Of a stretch of 64,000 nt of DNA, positions 45,809 to 54,700 are shown one piece after another; the stretch's first letter is position 1; every line of letters starts with the position of its first letter. The notes beneath the pieces are model-generated. The model did no database searches, was not told the origin of the DNA, and was given only the letters and a program-made list of their open reading frames with translations. The DNA is from Verrucomicrobiia bacterium (GTDB taxonomy: Bacteria > Verrucomicrobiota > Verrucomicrobiia > Limisphaerales > UBA11358). Both the position numbers and the translations under genes were made by a program. Where the stretch lies: the NCBI GenBank assembly GCA_035545995.1, contig DASZXH010000053.1, positions 188,521 to 252,520 of the forward strand, in the 5' to 3' direction.

Positions 45809-48800
45809 ATGGTTTGTAAATCAAATCTCAACGGCACCGTATTCGTGGAAAGGTGCAAACATTTTTTGAAAATACCTCTACACCATTCTAACCCTAAACC
45901 CATCGTCAGCGAAGGAAGAACCATTCCAGTGTTTAAGTTGTGTGATTCTTTAGTCAACCGAACTTTGATATTCGCCCTTTTTTTGCTCGTCGTAATTTTT
46001 CATTGCGGAATTGTTTTGGGAGCGGACAAACAGACTTGGGGAGTCAATGCAATCGTTCTAAAACCAGCTTGGAGTAATTCTCCTTCTTTGGACGACCTTC
46101 TGTCGGACCATGAACATACTGTGGTATTAAACCAATTTTATCGCAGCGGCGGCGACACTCGTCCAATGGAGCCGACCGAATGTCGCATCGCATACAACAG
46201 CAACACGCTCTTTGTAGTTTTTCGCTGCGAAGACAAGAATATGTCTTTCCCTTACACCAATCTGGATACGCAGTGGTGGTCAGAAGCGGATTGGCATTCG
46301 CTGCATGGTTTGCCTTCCGCATCGAACAACTGGCCGCCAAACCCTGATGAAGTGGATTTTTTGATTCAACCCGATGCAAGTGTTCCTTCCTATTACCAAT
46401 TTGCGGCGTCGGAACAGGGTTTGAAATTTGGCTGCAACCGATTGCTGAATTCCGGCTCTGATGCAACTCCGGATCAAGTTGCAATTGCCAATCATTCTTC
46501 AGCCCGCGCCAATGAGGTCGGCGCGTTTGAAGCAAACATTGTCAGGAAGGGCAATGAATGGCTGGTTTTTTTCCAAATACCGTGGGCCACTTTGGGGGGA
46601 AAGCCGAATTCTCATTTTGGTTTTTTGCCCATGCGAACGCGCTGGCGCGACGGCGAATTCACAACCCCAGTGGCGATTGATTTTAACGAAGGCTTGCCGG
46701 TTGATTTGTTAATCGAAACCCACTTTTCAGACACGGCACGAACTCAGGCTTCTCAAAGCAATTTATGCCGATTGCCTTCCGGCATACTTCGCTGGCAAAT
46801 GCCGGCAGTATTGACCTATCCCGACATTGAAACGTGCCAGCAAATTTGGCAGATGCAATCGTCGTTATCCACACCAACGGACAAGGACAATCTGGCGCAA
46901 CGACTTTATCTCATCCAACGCTGGATGGATTTGATGACGCTGGAAGGATTCACTCCGCTCCCCCGCGCTTGGGGAAATTTGACAAACGACCTGACGCTGG
47001 CGTTTTTCCGGCAAAAAGTGAACGCCACCTTTCAGAAGAATGACCTGCCGCAGGCGTGTCAATTGGTGGACACTTACTTGAGCCAGTTTGATAAAATGTC
47101 CCGATGGTGGTATGCCGACGGTTCGCCCGGCGACATTCTAAAGGACGAATGGAAATCAGTCACCAGCGCCGACAATTTGGAAGTGCAAGACAACACACTG
47201 CTGATGCGGTGCGCTGCCGGCAACCACGAAGTTGACCTGCGCCTTGCTCTGCCCGCAACAGGCGGGATAAGAATTTACGGCAATGATGAAGGTTACTGGA
47301 GACCATCTGATTTATTGCCGTTGAAAATCACTCAAACTTCAAACTCACGTTCCATCGAAACGGCTGAGGGCAGGATTGTTATCCACCAAAAGCCGTTTTC
47401 AATTTCTTTTTACAACGCCGATGGAAAAGAAGTGACGCAAATCGGCGCCGGAGACTTGGCTTTCAGGTTTGATTCGGATGGCAAGGTGCTCGCCGTAGAT
47501 TTCAGAAATCATCTTGCCTCAAGCGAGGCCATCTATGGCTTCGGAGAGAAATATGCTGACTTCAATGAAAATGGACAGGTATTGACGCTTTGGGGAACGG
47601 ATGACTGGGTTGGGAACGGGGAAGGTTTGGCGAACACCACCTACAAAGCCCTGCCAATCTTTCATAGTTCCAAGGGTTATATGGTTTTTAATAATTCATC
47701 TTATCGCTTGAGGGCGGATGTTGGAAAAACAAATCCAAATCAATATCGTTTCACGCAGCAAGGTCCGATATTCGATTATTATTTCTGGATTGGTTCACCG
47801 GAAAAGACATTGCAATCTTATACGGCTCTGACCGGCAGGCCGCCGCTGCCGCCGAAATGGGTTTTTGAACCGTGGATGGGTCGCGGTGGTGGAGCGTGGG
47901 CGCATGGCCCGTCGCACGATCCGGTGGCGGAAGAAGAAAGTGTCGCCAAGCGTTTCGCGGAATTGGACATTCCGCACTCAGCAATTTATGCCGAAGGCCC
48001 TTCCGCTCTTTCATCGGAATTGAACCAATTCATGGCGGCGCGCGGGATTAGAGTGTTGGGTTATTTTATGCCCGCGATTCAGCCATCGCGGCAAGAATCG
48101 CTCATGCCGGAACTAAAGTCCGATGAACTTCCAATCCTGCGCACCACGAACGGAAACATAGCTCCCGGATTTCGTGACGCTTACGTGGATTTCACCAGTC
48201 CGCACACCTTGGAACTTTGCCGACGAGCATTAGGGCGGGCTTTGGATTTGGGTGAGGCCGGAAGCATGGTGGATTTCGGCGATATGACGCCGGATGACGC
48301 CTTGTTTTATGACGGCAGACAAGGAGCGCAGATGCACAATTTTTACTATTACGACTACCAACGGACAGTCAGTGAAGTGTTTCAGGAGAAACGCGGGAAT
48401 GATTTCATCCTGTATGCCCGAGGCGCTGCGCCCGGCACGCAAAGATGGGTTGGACAATTTGCCGGTGATCATCCGGCCAATTTTGAAGGGCTTAGACATG
48501 TATTGACCGGCGCGCTGAATTTGTGCGCCTGCGGTTACTCTCTTTGGGGCAGCGATCTTGGCGGTTATTTCGGTTTTCCGCAACCGGCGGTGTATATGCG
48601 CTGGTTTCAATTCGGCTGCTTCAGTCCCTTGATGCGCCCGCACGGCACCGCGCCACGTGACCCGTGGTATTTCGGTGAAGCCGCTGTGACGAACTATAAA
48701 TTCCTGGCTTGGACCCGGGAAAATATATTGAATTACACCTACAATGCCGCTGTTGTCGCGCATAACACGGGTATCTCCATCATGCGTTCCATGCCGGTGG

Positions 48801-49426
48801 CATTTCCTGATGAATCGCAGGTGGCTGCCGTCGGAGACCAATATATGTTCGGGCCGGATTTACTCGTGGCGCCGGTGGTCAACGAAGATACTTTCAGGAT
48901 TGTCGCCTTTCCTTCCGGCGTGTGGACGAGCTTGTGGAATGGTAAAACAGTCACCGGCCCGGCCAAGCTCAAAGTGGACGCGCCTTTGGACACGATTCCA
49001 GTTTATTTGAAAGCGGGAGCTGTTATGCCGGTACAATTAAGTCCTGAATTGCAATTCGGCCAGAGCATGACCAGCGGTCGTGTCAGTGCTTTGATTGTAA
49101 CTCCCCCAAGACGAAATGAGGCCGTATCTCTACTCAACGCCCGCGGCGAAACTGCAAGGGTAATCGGGCAATCCAAATCTAATGGTTTTAGTTGGTCTCT
49201 CGAAAACTTTCCTGAAGCGAGTTATTTGTTGGTTTACGGCACAACGACCGCTTCTTCAATAAAGCTTAATGGCCAAATTTTGCCGAAGCTGGCGGCGGTT
49301 AAGTTTGGCTTGATGCCGACTGGTTGGGAAGCCGATTTGACCAGCAACCGGTTGGTTATTCGCTTACCGTCGCGCCAAATTGAGCAAAGCGATCCCAAAG
49401 CGAAAGTTGAAGTGGATGTCAATTGA
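45809..49426 (+). CDS. GH31 alpha-xylosidase-like (YicI type) with N-terminal CBM9/DOMON-like domain
   Basis: MVDFGDMTPDD matches YicI KTDFGERIPTD. QFAGDHPANFEGL and WGSDLGGYFG are also GH31 motifs. The N-terminal CRIAYNSNTLFVVFRCED..DEVDFLIQPD..YYQFAA is CBM9-like. The start is uncertain: ATG 45809, or GTG 45929 just before the hydrophobic segment LIFALFLLVVIFHCGIVLGA. Confidence 0.8.
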   Translation: MVCKSNLNGTVFVERCKHFLKIPLHHSNPKPIVSEGRTIPVFKLCDSLVNRTLIFALFLLVVIFHCGIVLGADKQTWGVNAIVLKPAWSNSPSLDDLLSDHEHTVVLNQFYRSGGDTRPMEPTECRIAYNSNTLFVVFRCEDKNMSFPYTNLDTQWWSEADWHSLHGLPSASNNWPPNPDEVDFLIQPDASVPSYYQFAASEQGLKFGCNRLLNSGSDATPDQVAIANHSSARANEVGAFEANIVRKGNEWLVFFQIPWATLGGKPNSHFGFLPMRTRWRDGEFTTPVAIDFNEGLPVDLLIETHFSDTARTQASQSNLCRLPSGILRWQMPAVLTYPDIETCQQIWQMQSSLSTPTDKDNLAQRLYLIQRWMDLMTLEGFTPLPRAWGNLTNDLTLAFFRQKVNATFQKNDLPQACQLVDTYLSQFDKMSRWWYADGSPGDILKDEWKSVTSADNLEVQDNTLLMRCAAGNHEVDLRLALPATGGIRIYGNDEGYWRPSDLLPLKITQTSNSRSIETAEGRIVIHQKPFSISFYNADGKEVTQIGAGDLAFRFDSDGKVLAVDFRNHLASSEAIYGFGEKYADFNENGQVLTLWGTDDWVGNGEGLANTTYKALPIFHSSKGYMVFNNSSYRLRADVGKTNPNQYRFTQQGPIFDYYFWIGSPEKTLQSYTALTGRPPLPPKWVFEPWMGRGGGAWAHGPSHDPVAEEESVAKRFAELDIPHSAIYAEGPSALSSELNQFMAARGIRVLGYFMPAIQPSRQESLMPELKSDELPILRTTNGNIAPGFRDAYVDFTSPHTLELCRRALGRALDLGEAGSMVDFGDMTPDDALFYDGRQGAQMHNFYYYDYQRTVSEVFQEKRGNDFILYARGAAPGTQRWVGQFAGDHPANFEGLRHVLTGALNLCACGYSLWGSDLGGYFGFPQPAVYMRWFQFGCFSPLMRPHGTAPRDPWYFGEAAVTNYKFLAWTRENILNYTYNAAVVAHNTGISIMRSMPVAFPDESQVAAVGDQYMFGPDLLVAPVVNEDTFRIVAFPSGVWTSLWNGKTVTGPAKLKVDAPLDTIPVYLKAGAVMPVQLSPELQFGQSMTSGRVSALIVTPPRRNEAVSLLNARGETARVIGQSKSNGFSWSLENFPEASYLLVYGTTTASSIKLNGQILPKLAAVKFGLMPTGWEADLTSNRLVIRLPSRQIEQSDPKAKVEVDVN

Positions 49427-49509
49427 ACGCGATTTCCTGTAATCAGACAAATCCGCCCAGACAAATGCAAAACAAATTCAAAAATAACAATCATTCTTCT
49501 CTCACTCGC

Positions 49510-52500
49510 ATGATGCACAACCAGCAGGAAAGTCCGTCAATTCATTTTAATCAGTTGTTGAATGTCAAGTTGCGACTGATTCTTGCGTGCCTTTGTTTCA
49601 GTGGCGTGGTGAGCCAAGCTTGGGCACAACAGACGCAGCCTGCCGACACCGTGTTGCCAACTGGTATGTCATTGAACTGGGATGGATTAAAGGTCGAAAC
49701 GGTGAATGCCAAGCGGTCGCAAGCATCCCTTGACGGCATCTGGCGGTTCATTCCGGCAACCGAAGGAGTTTCAGAGCCTCCGCAAGCGGGATGGGCCTAC
49801 ATCAAAGTGCCGGGCAGTTGGGGCAGCGGAGGTGGCGGTCGAAGAGGTGGACGTTCCGGTCAGGGCGCGCCTTCCGCTTTGATCGCTCAAGGTAGCGGCC
49901 CACAGTGGGAGAATTACAACGGGTCGCGGGTGGAACACGCATGGTATGAACGACAAGTGACCATCCCGTCGGATTGGCAAGGCCGCACCATCAGTTTGCG
50001 TTTCGAGCGCGTGTCCACGGACGCAATTATCTATGTCAATGGCAAGGAATGTGGAAGGGTGTCCTGGCCGTGGGGATCAGTGGACATCACGAGCGCGGTC
50101 ACGCCGGGCCAAGCCGCCAATGTCCGTGTGCTGGTGGCGGCCATTGCCGACGCGGAACAGGTGGGCGATTTCTGGCAAAATGCCTTCATGAATGTTACCT
50201 ACAGCGCGGCTCGATTGAGGACGCGAGGGCTGATTGGCAGTGTCTATTTGGAGAGCCGCCCAACCGAGGCGCACGTGAATGATGTTTTTGTGCGCACTTC
50301 CACGCGGAAAAAAGACATTGCTCTGGACGTGGACCTTGCAGATGTCAAACAGTCCGGCCAGGTTCATTTCGTGGCAGATATGCTCAATGAAAAAGGCGAG
50401 GTGGAAAAAAGTTTCAATGCGGACGCAACGGTGGAAGCCAAGTCAACACAGACTGTCACTGTCTCTTGGCCTTGGGAGCATCCACGTTTGTGGGATGTAG
50501 ATCAACCCAACCTCTACACGCTCCGGTTGACAGTGATGGGGGCGGGTGTGGATGACCAGTTTAATCAGGAATTCGGTTTCCGAGAATTCTGGATTGAAGG
50601 CCGGCAATTTTACCTCAATGGCACTGTGATTCACCTGCGCCAACCTAACTTCAATAATGGTCCACTCGGCTCGGTCGGAGACATTTTCTCGGAAGTCGGG
50701 TCACAAGCTGTGGACACCCGTGGCGACACCTCTGACGCAGGGCCGGAACTCGACCGATACGATCATAAGGGTTATCTGGCGGCGGTGTATATTCTCGACG
50801 CCAATAAATACATGAGGGACCCGCACGGAAACCTCGTCTGGAAACAAAATCAGCAACGCGCTTTGGACCGGACCGAGGTGTGGATGCACCACTACCGAAA
50901 TCATCCGTCTGCAGTGATGTGGATTGCTGGCTTCAATTTCTTTAACAGCGCGGTGGATGCGGACCCGCACTACATTGGTCGCGACGGCTGGGGACAGGAC
51001 GATCAGAGTTGGTGGCGCAACATGGCAGCCGGCAAGGAGATGTTTGAAGAACTCAAGAAACTGGACCCCACCCGGGTCTATTACAGCCATGCCGGTGCTT
51101 ATGCGGGCGATGTTTATTCCATGAATCTCTATTTGGACATGCTGCCACTTCAGGAACGTGAAGACTGGCTGAGCCATTGGGCGGAAAACGGCATAATGCC
51201 GATTACCATGACCGAGTTCGGCACTCCCATGGATTGTTCGTTCCGGCGCGGTCGCGAAGGTTTTGAAAGCAATATAACCAGCGAACCTTTGTTGACGGAA
51301 TACGCCGCCATCTATTTTGGCACCGCCGCCTATGCCGACGAGGAATCAAAATATCGGCAGTATCTTCACGACCTGTTCCGTGGCGGTATGCTCTACAACA
51401 GTTCCGAAAATCAACTGGACGTTTACACCAACGACCACAGAATCCAGCAACTTTACCGTGTGAATACTTGGCGCAGTTGGCGGACAGCCGATTTGCCTGG
51501 CGGCCTGCGCATATGGTCACACATGTCGGACGCGCTCAACGAAGTCAATTACCCAACACTGGCATGGATTGCCGGCTCAACCAATGATTACACCGCGAAG
51601 GACCATCACTTCAATTCCGGTCAGAAGTTCCAGAAACAAATTGTTCTGATTAACGATATGCGCCAGCCGGAGAATTTTACGGCAACTTGGACCGCCACAG
51701 TCGGCGGTCAGCAAGTGAGTCAAGGCGAATTACATGGCACCCTAGCGGTTTCAGAGATTCGCAAAATGCCGATTGAAATCACTACACCTCAAGTAGAAGC
51801 AGGCGACAAAGCCAATGGCGAGATTACACTCACCGCAACTATCGGTGAAGTAACTCACCATGATACTTTTGCATTTCGGGTCTTTGGCCGGGAGCGACTG
51901 GATGATGGCGACATCGCTACAATTGATCCGGGAGGTCTGACCAGCAAAATGCTGAAGAGCTTGGGCTATTCGACTCAAACTTGGAATGGTTCGGCGGCGG
52001 CGTTGGTGGTTGTCGGTCGAAATGCCTTGCAGGACAATCCGGCGATGGCCGCCAAGCTGGAACCTTATGTACGAAGTGGTGGTCGAGTGTTAATCTTTGC
52101 ACAAGATCCAACGTGGATGACAGAAGCTTTTGGCTGGCGGGTCTGCCCAAAGGTGAGCCGATATGTCTTTCCCGTCCCTAATTCTCCGGTTACTCAAGAG
52201 ATTGATGCCGATGATTTGCTCAATTGGACTGGCAACAGCACATTGATTCCAGCTTACCCAGAATATACAGGAGATTATCTCCGAGGAAACGAGCGAGAAC
52301 AGCCCTACACCGGGTGGCATTGGGGCAATCAAGGTGGAGTCAGCAGTGCAGCCATTGAGAAGCCTCACCGCAGCGGTTGGACTCCTCTGCTGGAATGTGA
52401 ATTTGATTTGGCCTACGCGCCGTTAATGGAATTGAACTACGGCGAGGGACGGGTGATTTTCTGCACACTGGACTTGGAAGACCATGTGCTATTGGATCCG

Positions 52501-53760
52501 GCGGCGCGACTTATGGCTGGGCACATTTTGGATTATGCCTTGCACTCTCCATTGTCGCCACGGGTAAACAAAGTCGTGTATCTGGGTGGCGCAGCCGGCG
52601 CGGCTTGGTTGGATAAAATCGGAGTCGGTTACGAACGGTCGGACACTCTGGACACAAGCGCTGAGTTGACGTTGATTAGCTCGGACGCAACCATTGATGC
52701 AACGGCACTCAACACCTACTTAGAAAATGGCGGCAAAGTGTTTTTCCTGCCGCGCACCCAACCAGATGGACCGTTGAATACCACTTTGAAACCTGCGGCA
52801 GACGATTTCGCCGGTTCACTGTCAGTACCAGATTGGCCACAAACCGAAGGTTTAAGCGCGTCGGACCTTCGCTGGCGCACTCACTTGGATAATCCTCCTT
52901 GGATTTTGGGTGGTGGAGCGGAGATTGGCGCGGATGGCCTGATTGGCCGTAAAACCGTTGGAAAGGGCGTGGCCATTTTCTGTCAGGTGGACCCGGACCG
53001 CTTTGATGCGGACCAGAAAACCTATTTCCGCTACACCCGTTGGCGATCCACTCGCGCAGTAGCCCAACTTCTGGCTAACCTTGGCGCCAGTTTCCCAGTG
53101 GACAGCCGAATTTTTCATCCGCTCGACACTTGGTCACTTAACTTGAATGGAACATGGCAGATGAAAGTCACACTCAACGCCACGTCCATCGCCAGTAAGA
53201 ACTCAGGAAATTCCGATACGGGCATCAGCCCGGCCGCGCAAGCATTGGTCGGAAAAACTGCGCCATCGGACGGCTGGACTTCAGTAACATTGCCCCAAAT
53301 CTTCAAAAACGACAATCAAGAAGCAGTATTTCGCAAAGAAATCACCATTCCGGACGGCGAAGCAGGCAAGGACTTGACGCTTAAGCTCGGCGCACTCGAC
53401 GGCTCTGACAATACTTATTTCAATGGCGAAGAAATCGGGCACAAGGACATGAAGTCTGCAGAAGAACAGGAAACGTCGCGCAATTACACGGTGCCTGGGA
53501 ACTTGGTAAAAGTTGGCAAAAATGTCGTCGCCATCCAGCTCTTTAGCCTCTCTGGTTCGGAAGGCTTTTCAGGCAAACCGGGTTTTCCGATGGGACCCGA
53601 TGGTAATCGGTCGGGGCGTCAAAGCACAGGCCCGCGAGTTGGTTTGGAAATGTCTTTGAATCTCCAGCCCGAAGGCGTCCAGACTCTTGGATATTATTAC
53701 CCCGACTATCGCACTGATTTCCAAATGGGAGACAACCCCTATCGCTATTATCGGTGGTAG
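49510..53760 (+). CDS. Very large (~1400 aa) GH2-like multidomain glycoside hydrolase
   Basis: GH2 N-terminal sugar-binding block (DGIWRFIP..WAYIKVPGSW..HAWYERQVTIP..ISLRFERVSTDAIIYVNGKECG). Ig/TIM entry NLYTLRLTV..FGFREFWIEGRQFYLNGTVIHLR. A second galactose-binding-like domain lies near the C-terminus. I could not find a canonical NE acid/base motif. The ATG 49510 start is uncertain. Confidence 0.65.
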   Translation: MMHNQQESPSIHFNQLLNVKLRLILACLCFSGVVSQAWAQQTQPADTVLPTGMSLNWDGLKVETVNAKRSQASLDGIWRFIPATEGVSEPPQAGWAYIKVPGSWGSGGGGRRGGRSGQGAPSALIAQGSGPQWENYNGSRVEHAWYERQVTIPSDWQGRTISLRFERVSTDAIIYVNGKECGRVSWPWGSVDITSAVTPGQAANVRVLVAAIADAEQVGDFWQNAFMNVTYSAARLRTRGLIGSVYLESRPTEAHVNDVFVRTSTRKKDIALDVDLADVKQSGQVHFVADMLNEKGEVEKSFNADATVEAKSTQTVTVSWPWEHPRLWDVDQPNLYTLRLTVMGAGVDDQFNQEFGFREFWIEGRQFYLNGTVIHLRQPNFNNGPLGSVGDIFSEVGSQAVDTRGDTSDAGPELDRYDHKGYLAAVYILDANKYMRDPHGNLVWKQNQQRALDRTEVWMHHYRNHPSAVMWIAGFNFFNSAVDADPHYIGRDGWGQDDQSWWRNMAAGKEMFEELKKLDPTRVYYSHAGAYAGDVYSMNLYLDMLPLQEREDWLSHWAENGIMPITMTEFGTPMDCSFRRGREGFESNITSEPLLTEYAAIYFGTAAYADEESKYRQYLHDLFRGGMLYNSSENQLDVYTNDHRIQQLYRVNTWRSWRTADLPGGLRIWSHMSDALNEVNYPTLAWIAGSTNDYTAKDHHFNSGQKFQKQIVLINDMRQPENFTATWTATVGGQQVSQGELHGTLAVSEIRKMPIEITTPQVEAGDKANGEITLTATIGEVTHHDTFAFRVFGRERLDDGDIATIDPGGLTSKMLKSLGYSTQTWNGSAAALVVVGRNALQDNPAMAAKLEPYVRSGGRVLIFAQDPTWMTEAFGWRVCPKVSRYVFPVPNSPVTQEIDADDLLNWTGNSTLIPAYPEYTGDYLRGNEREQPYTGWHWGNQGGVSSAAIEKPHRSGWTPLLECEFDLAYAPLMELNYGEGRVIFCTLDLEDHVLLDPAARLMAGHILDYALHSPLSPRVNKVVYLGGAAGAAWLDKIGVGYERSDTLDTSAELTLISSDATIDATALNTYLENGGKVFFLPRTQPDGPLNTTLKPAADDFAGSLSVPDWPQTEGLSASDLRWRTHLDNPPWILGGGAEIGADGLIGRKTVGKGVAIFCQVDPDRFDADQKTYFRYTRWRSTRAVAQLLANLGASFPVDSRIFHPLDTWSLNLNGTWQMKVTLNATSIASKNSGNSDTGISPAAQALVGKTAPSDGWTSVTLPQIFKNDNQEAVFRKEITIPDGEAGKDLTLKLGALDGSDNTYFNGEEIGHKDMKSAEEQETSRNYTVPGNLVKVGKNVVAIQLFSLSGSEGFSGKPGFPMGPDGNRSGRQSTGPRVGLEMSLNLQPEGVQTLGYYYPDYRTDFQMGDNPYRYYRW

Positions 53761-54399
53761 GTGTAGTACATTTCCTTTATTTTCACGAAAGCACAAAATC
53801 GAAAATAAAGCGTTTGCCTATTATCGCACCTGAAAATTGGGTTTATCAGCAGGCTTCTGTTGGCGGTTCGGCGGACGCAACGCTGCCGTCCATGCCGCCA
53901 ACGGAAGCAACGCGATTGCGTTCTATATCATCCGTCCGCGACGAGCGTGCGTGGAGCCACAGCGTAACATATGTTGGTCGCGGCGGTATTTGTTGTCGGA
54001 AATTCATGCGTGTTTTTCCGACAAAATCAAAACCTAAAGCTGACTGTATTCACAGTGATGTTCAATTGAATTTGCGATTGGCAAATGGCTCGACGGCCAC
54101 GAATTTTCATCAGATGCCTCGTCGCTTGTTTTGCGGACATTGCGTGACCATCTTGCGGGACTCTGCATATCCAAAGGCGAGATTTCAGCGAGCCGCAGAG
54201 TCCTTGTTCTGACAAGGGGTAAGGCTTGATTCCAATAAAATGAAAACTCAATCTGACATGCACCTGCACTGCATCCGGCAAATTGTTGCATACGATTTTT
54301 CGCGCTGCATGAATATGAACGTGCAATTTGGTGATACAAATTCGTGACGTGGATTTGAAGCGCGTCTGTATCTTGGTAATCATCGTTGATTGTTACAGA

Positions 54400-54693
54400 T
54401 GAAATGTTGTCATGCTTATTGAGCGCGTTGAAAATGAATCAAACAATTCAGGATTTAAGTCATCATTTGCCTCCGTTCATTGAGAAGACTCTTTCACTGA
54501 CGTGGCGATGGCTAGAATGGCTGCTTTCAGCGAATCGGGAAGTTTTTTCCATGCGGGGACAACTTGAGACAAATCATGTCCTAACACGACCGGAATTTGT
54601 GAGTCTCTTTGTGTGTCACCGGTTGGATTTCTCAAAGAATCGGCAGCTTTTTGCAGGTTCAAATCCTGTCGCTCCGACCACTTTCCCTCTTTT
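54400..54693 (+). repeat. 294-nt module, copy 2: integrase-tail-like segment followed by the tRNA-Pro 3' core (54653..54693)
   Basis: Collinear with 63537..63830 along its whole length. The core gcaggttcaaatcctgtcgctccgacca is identical to tRNA positions 12116..12143. The minus-strand frame reads GKWSERQDLNLQKAADSLRNPTGDTQRDSQIPVVLGHDLSQVVPAWKKLPDSLKAAILAIATSVKESSQ-stop. Confidence 0.85.
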
Positions 54694-54700
54694 TGTGAGT

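Noticed and set aside
54400-54693. Idea that the 294-nt module is a tmRNA or tRNA-like ncRNA, because it ends in a T arm + acceptor + CCA
   Set aside because: No 5' acceptor complement (CGGAGCG) occurs anywhere in the module, and there is no D or anticodon arm. The 3' part is simply identical to tRNA-Pro, so it fits an att duplication better.
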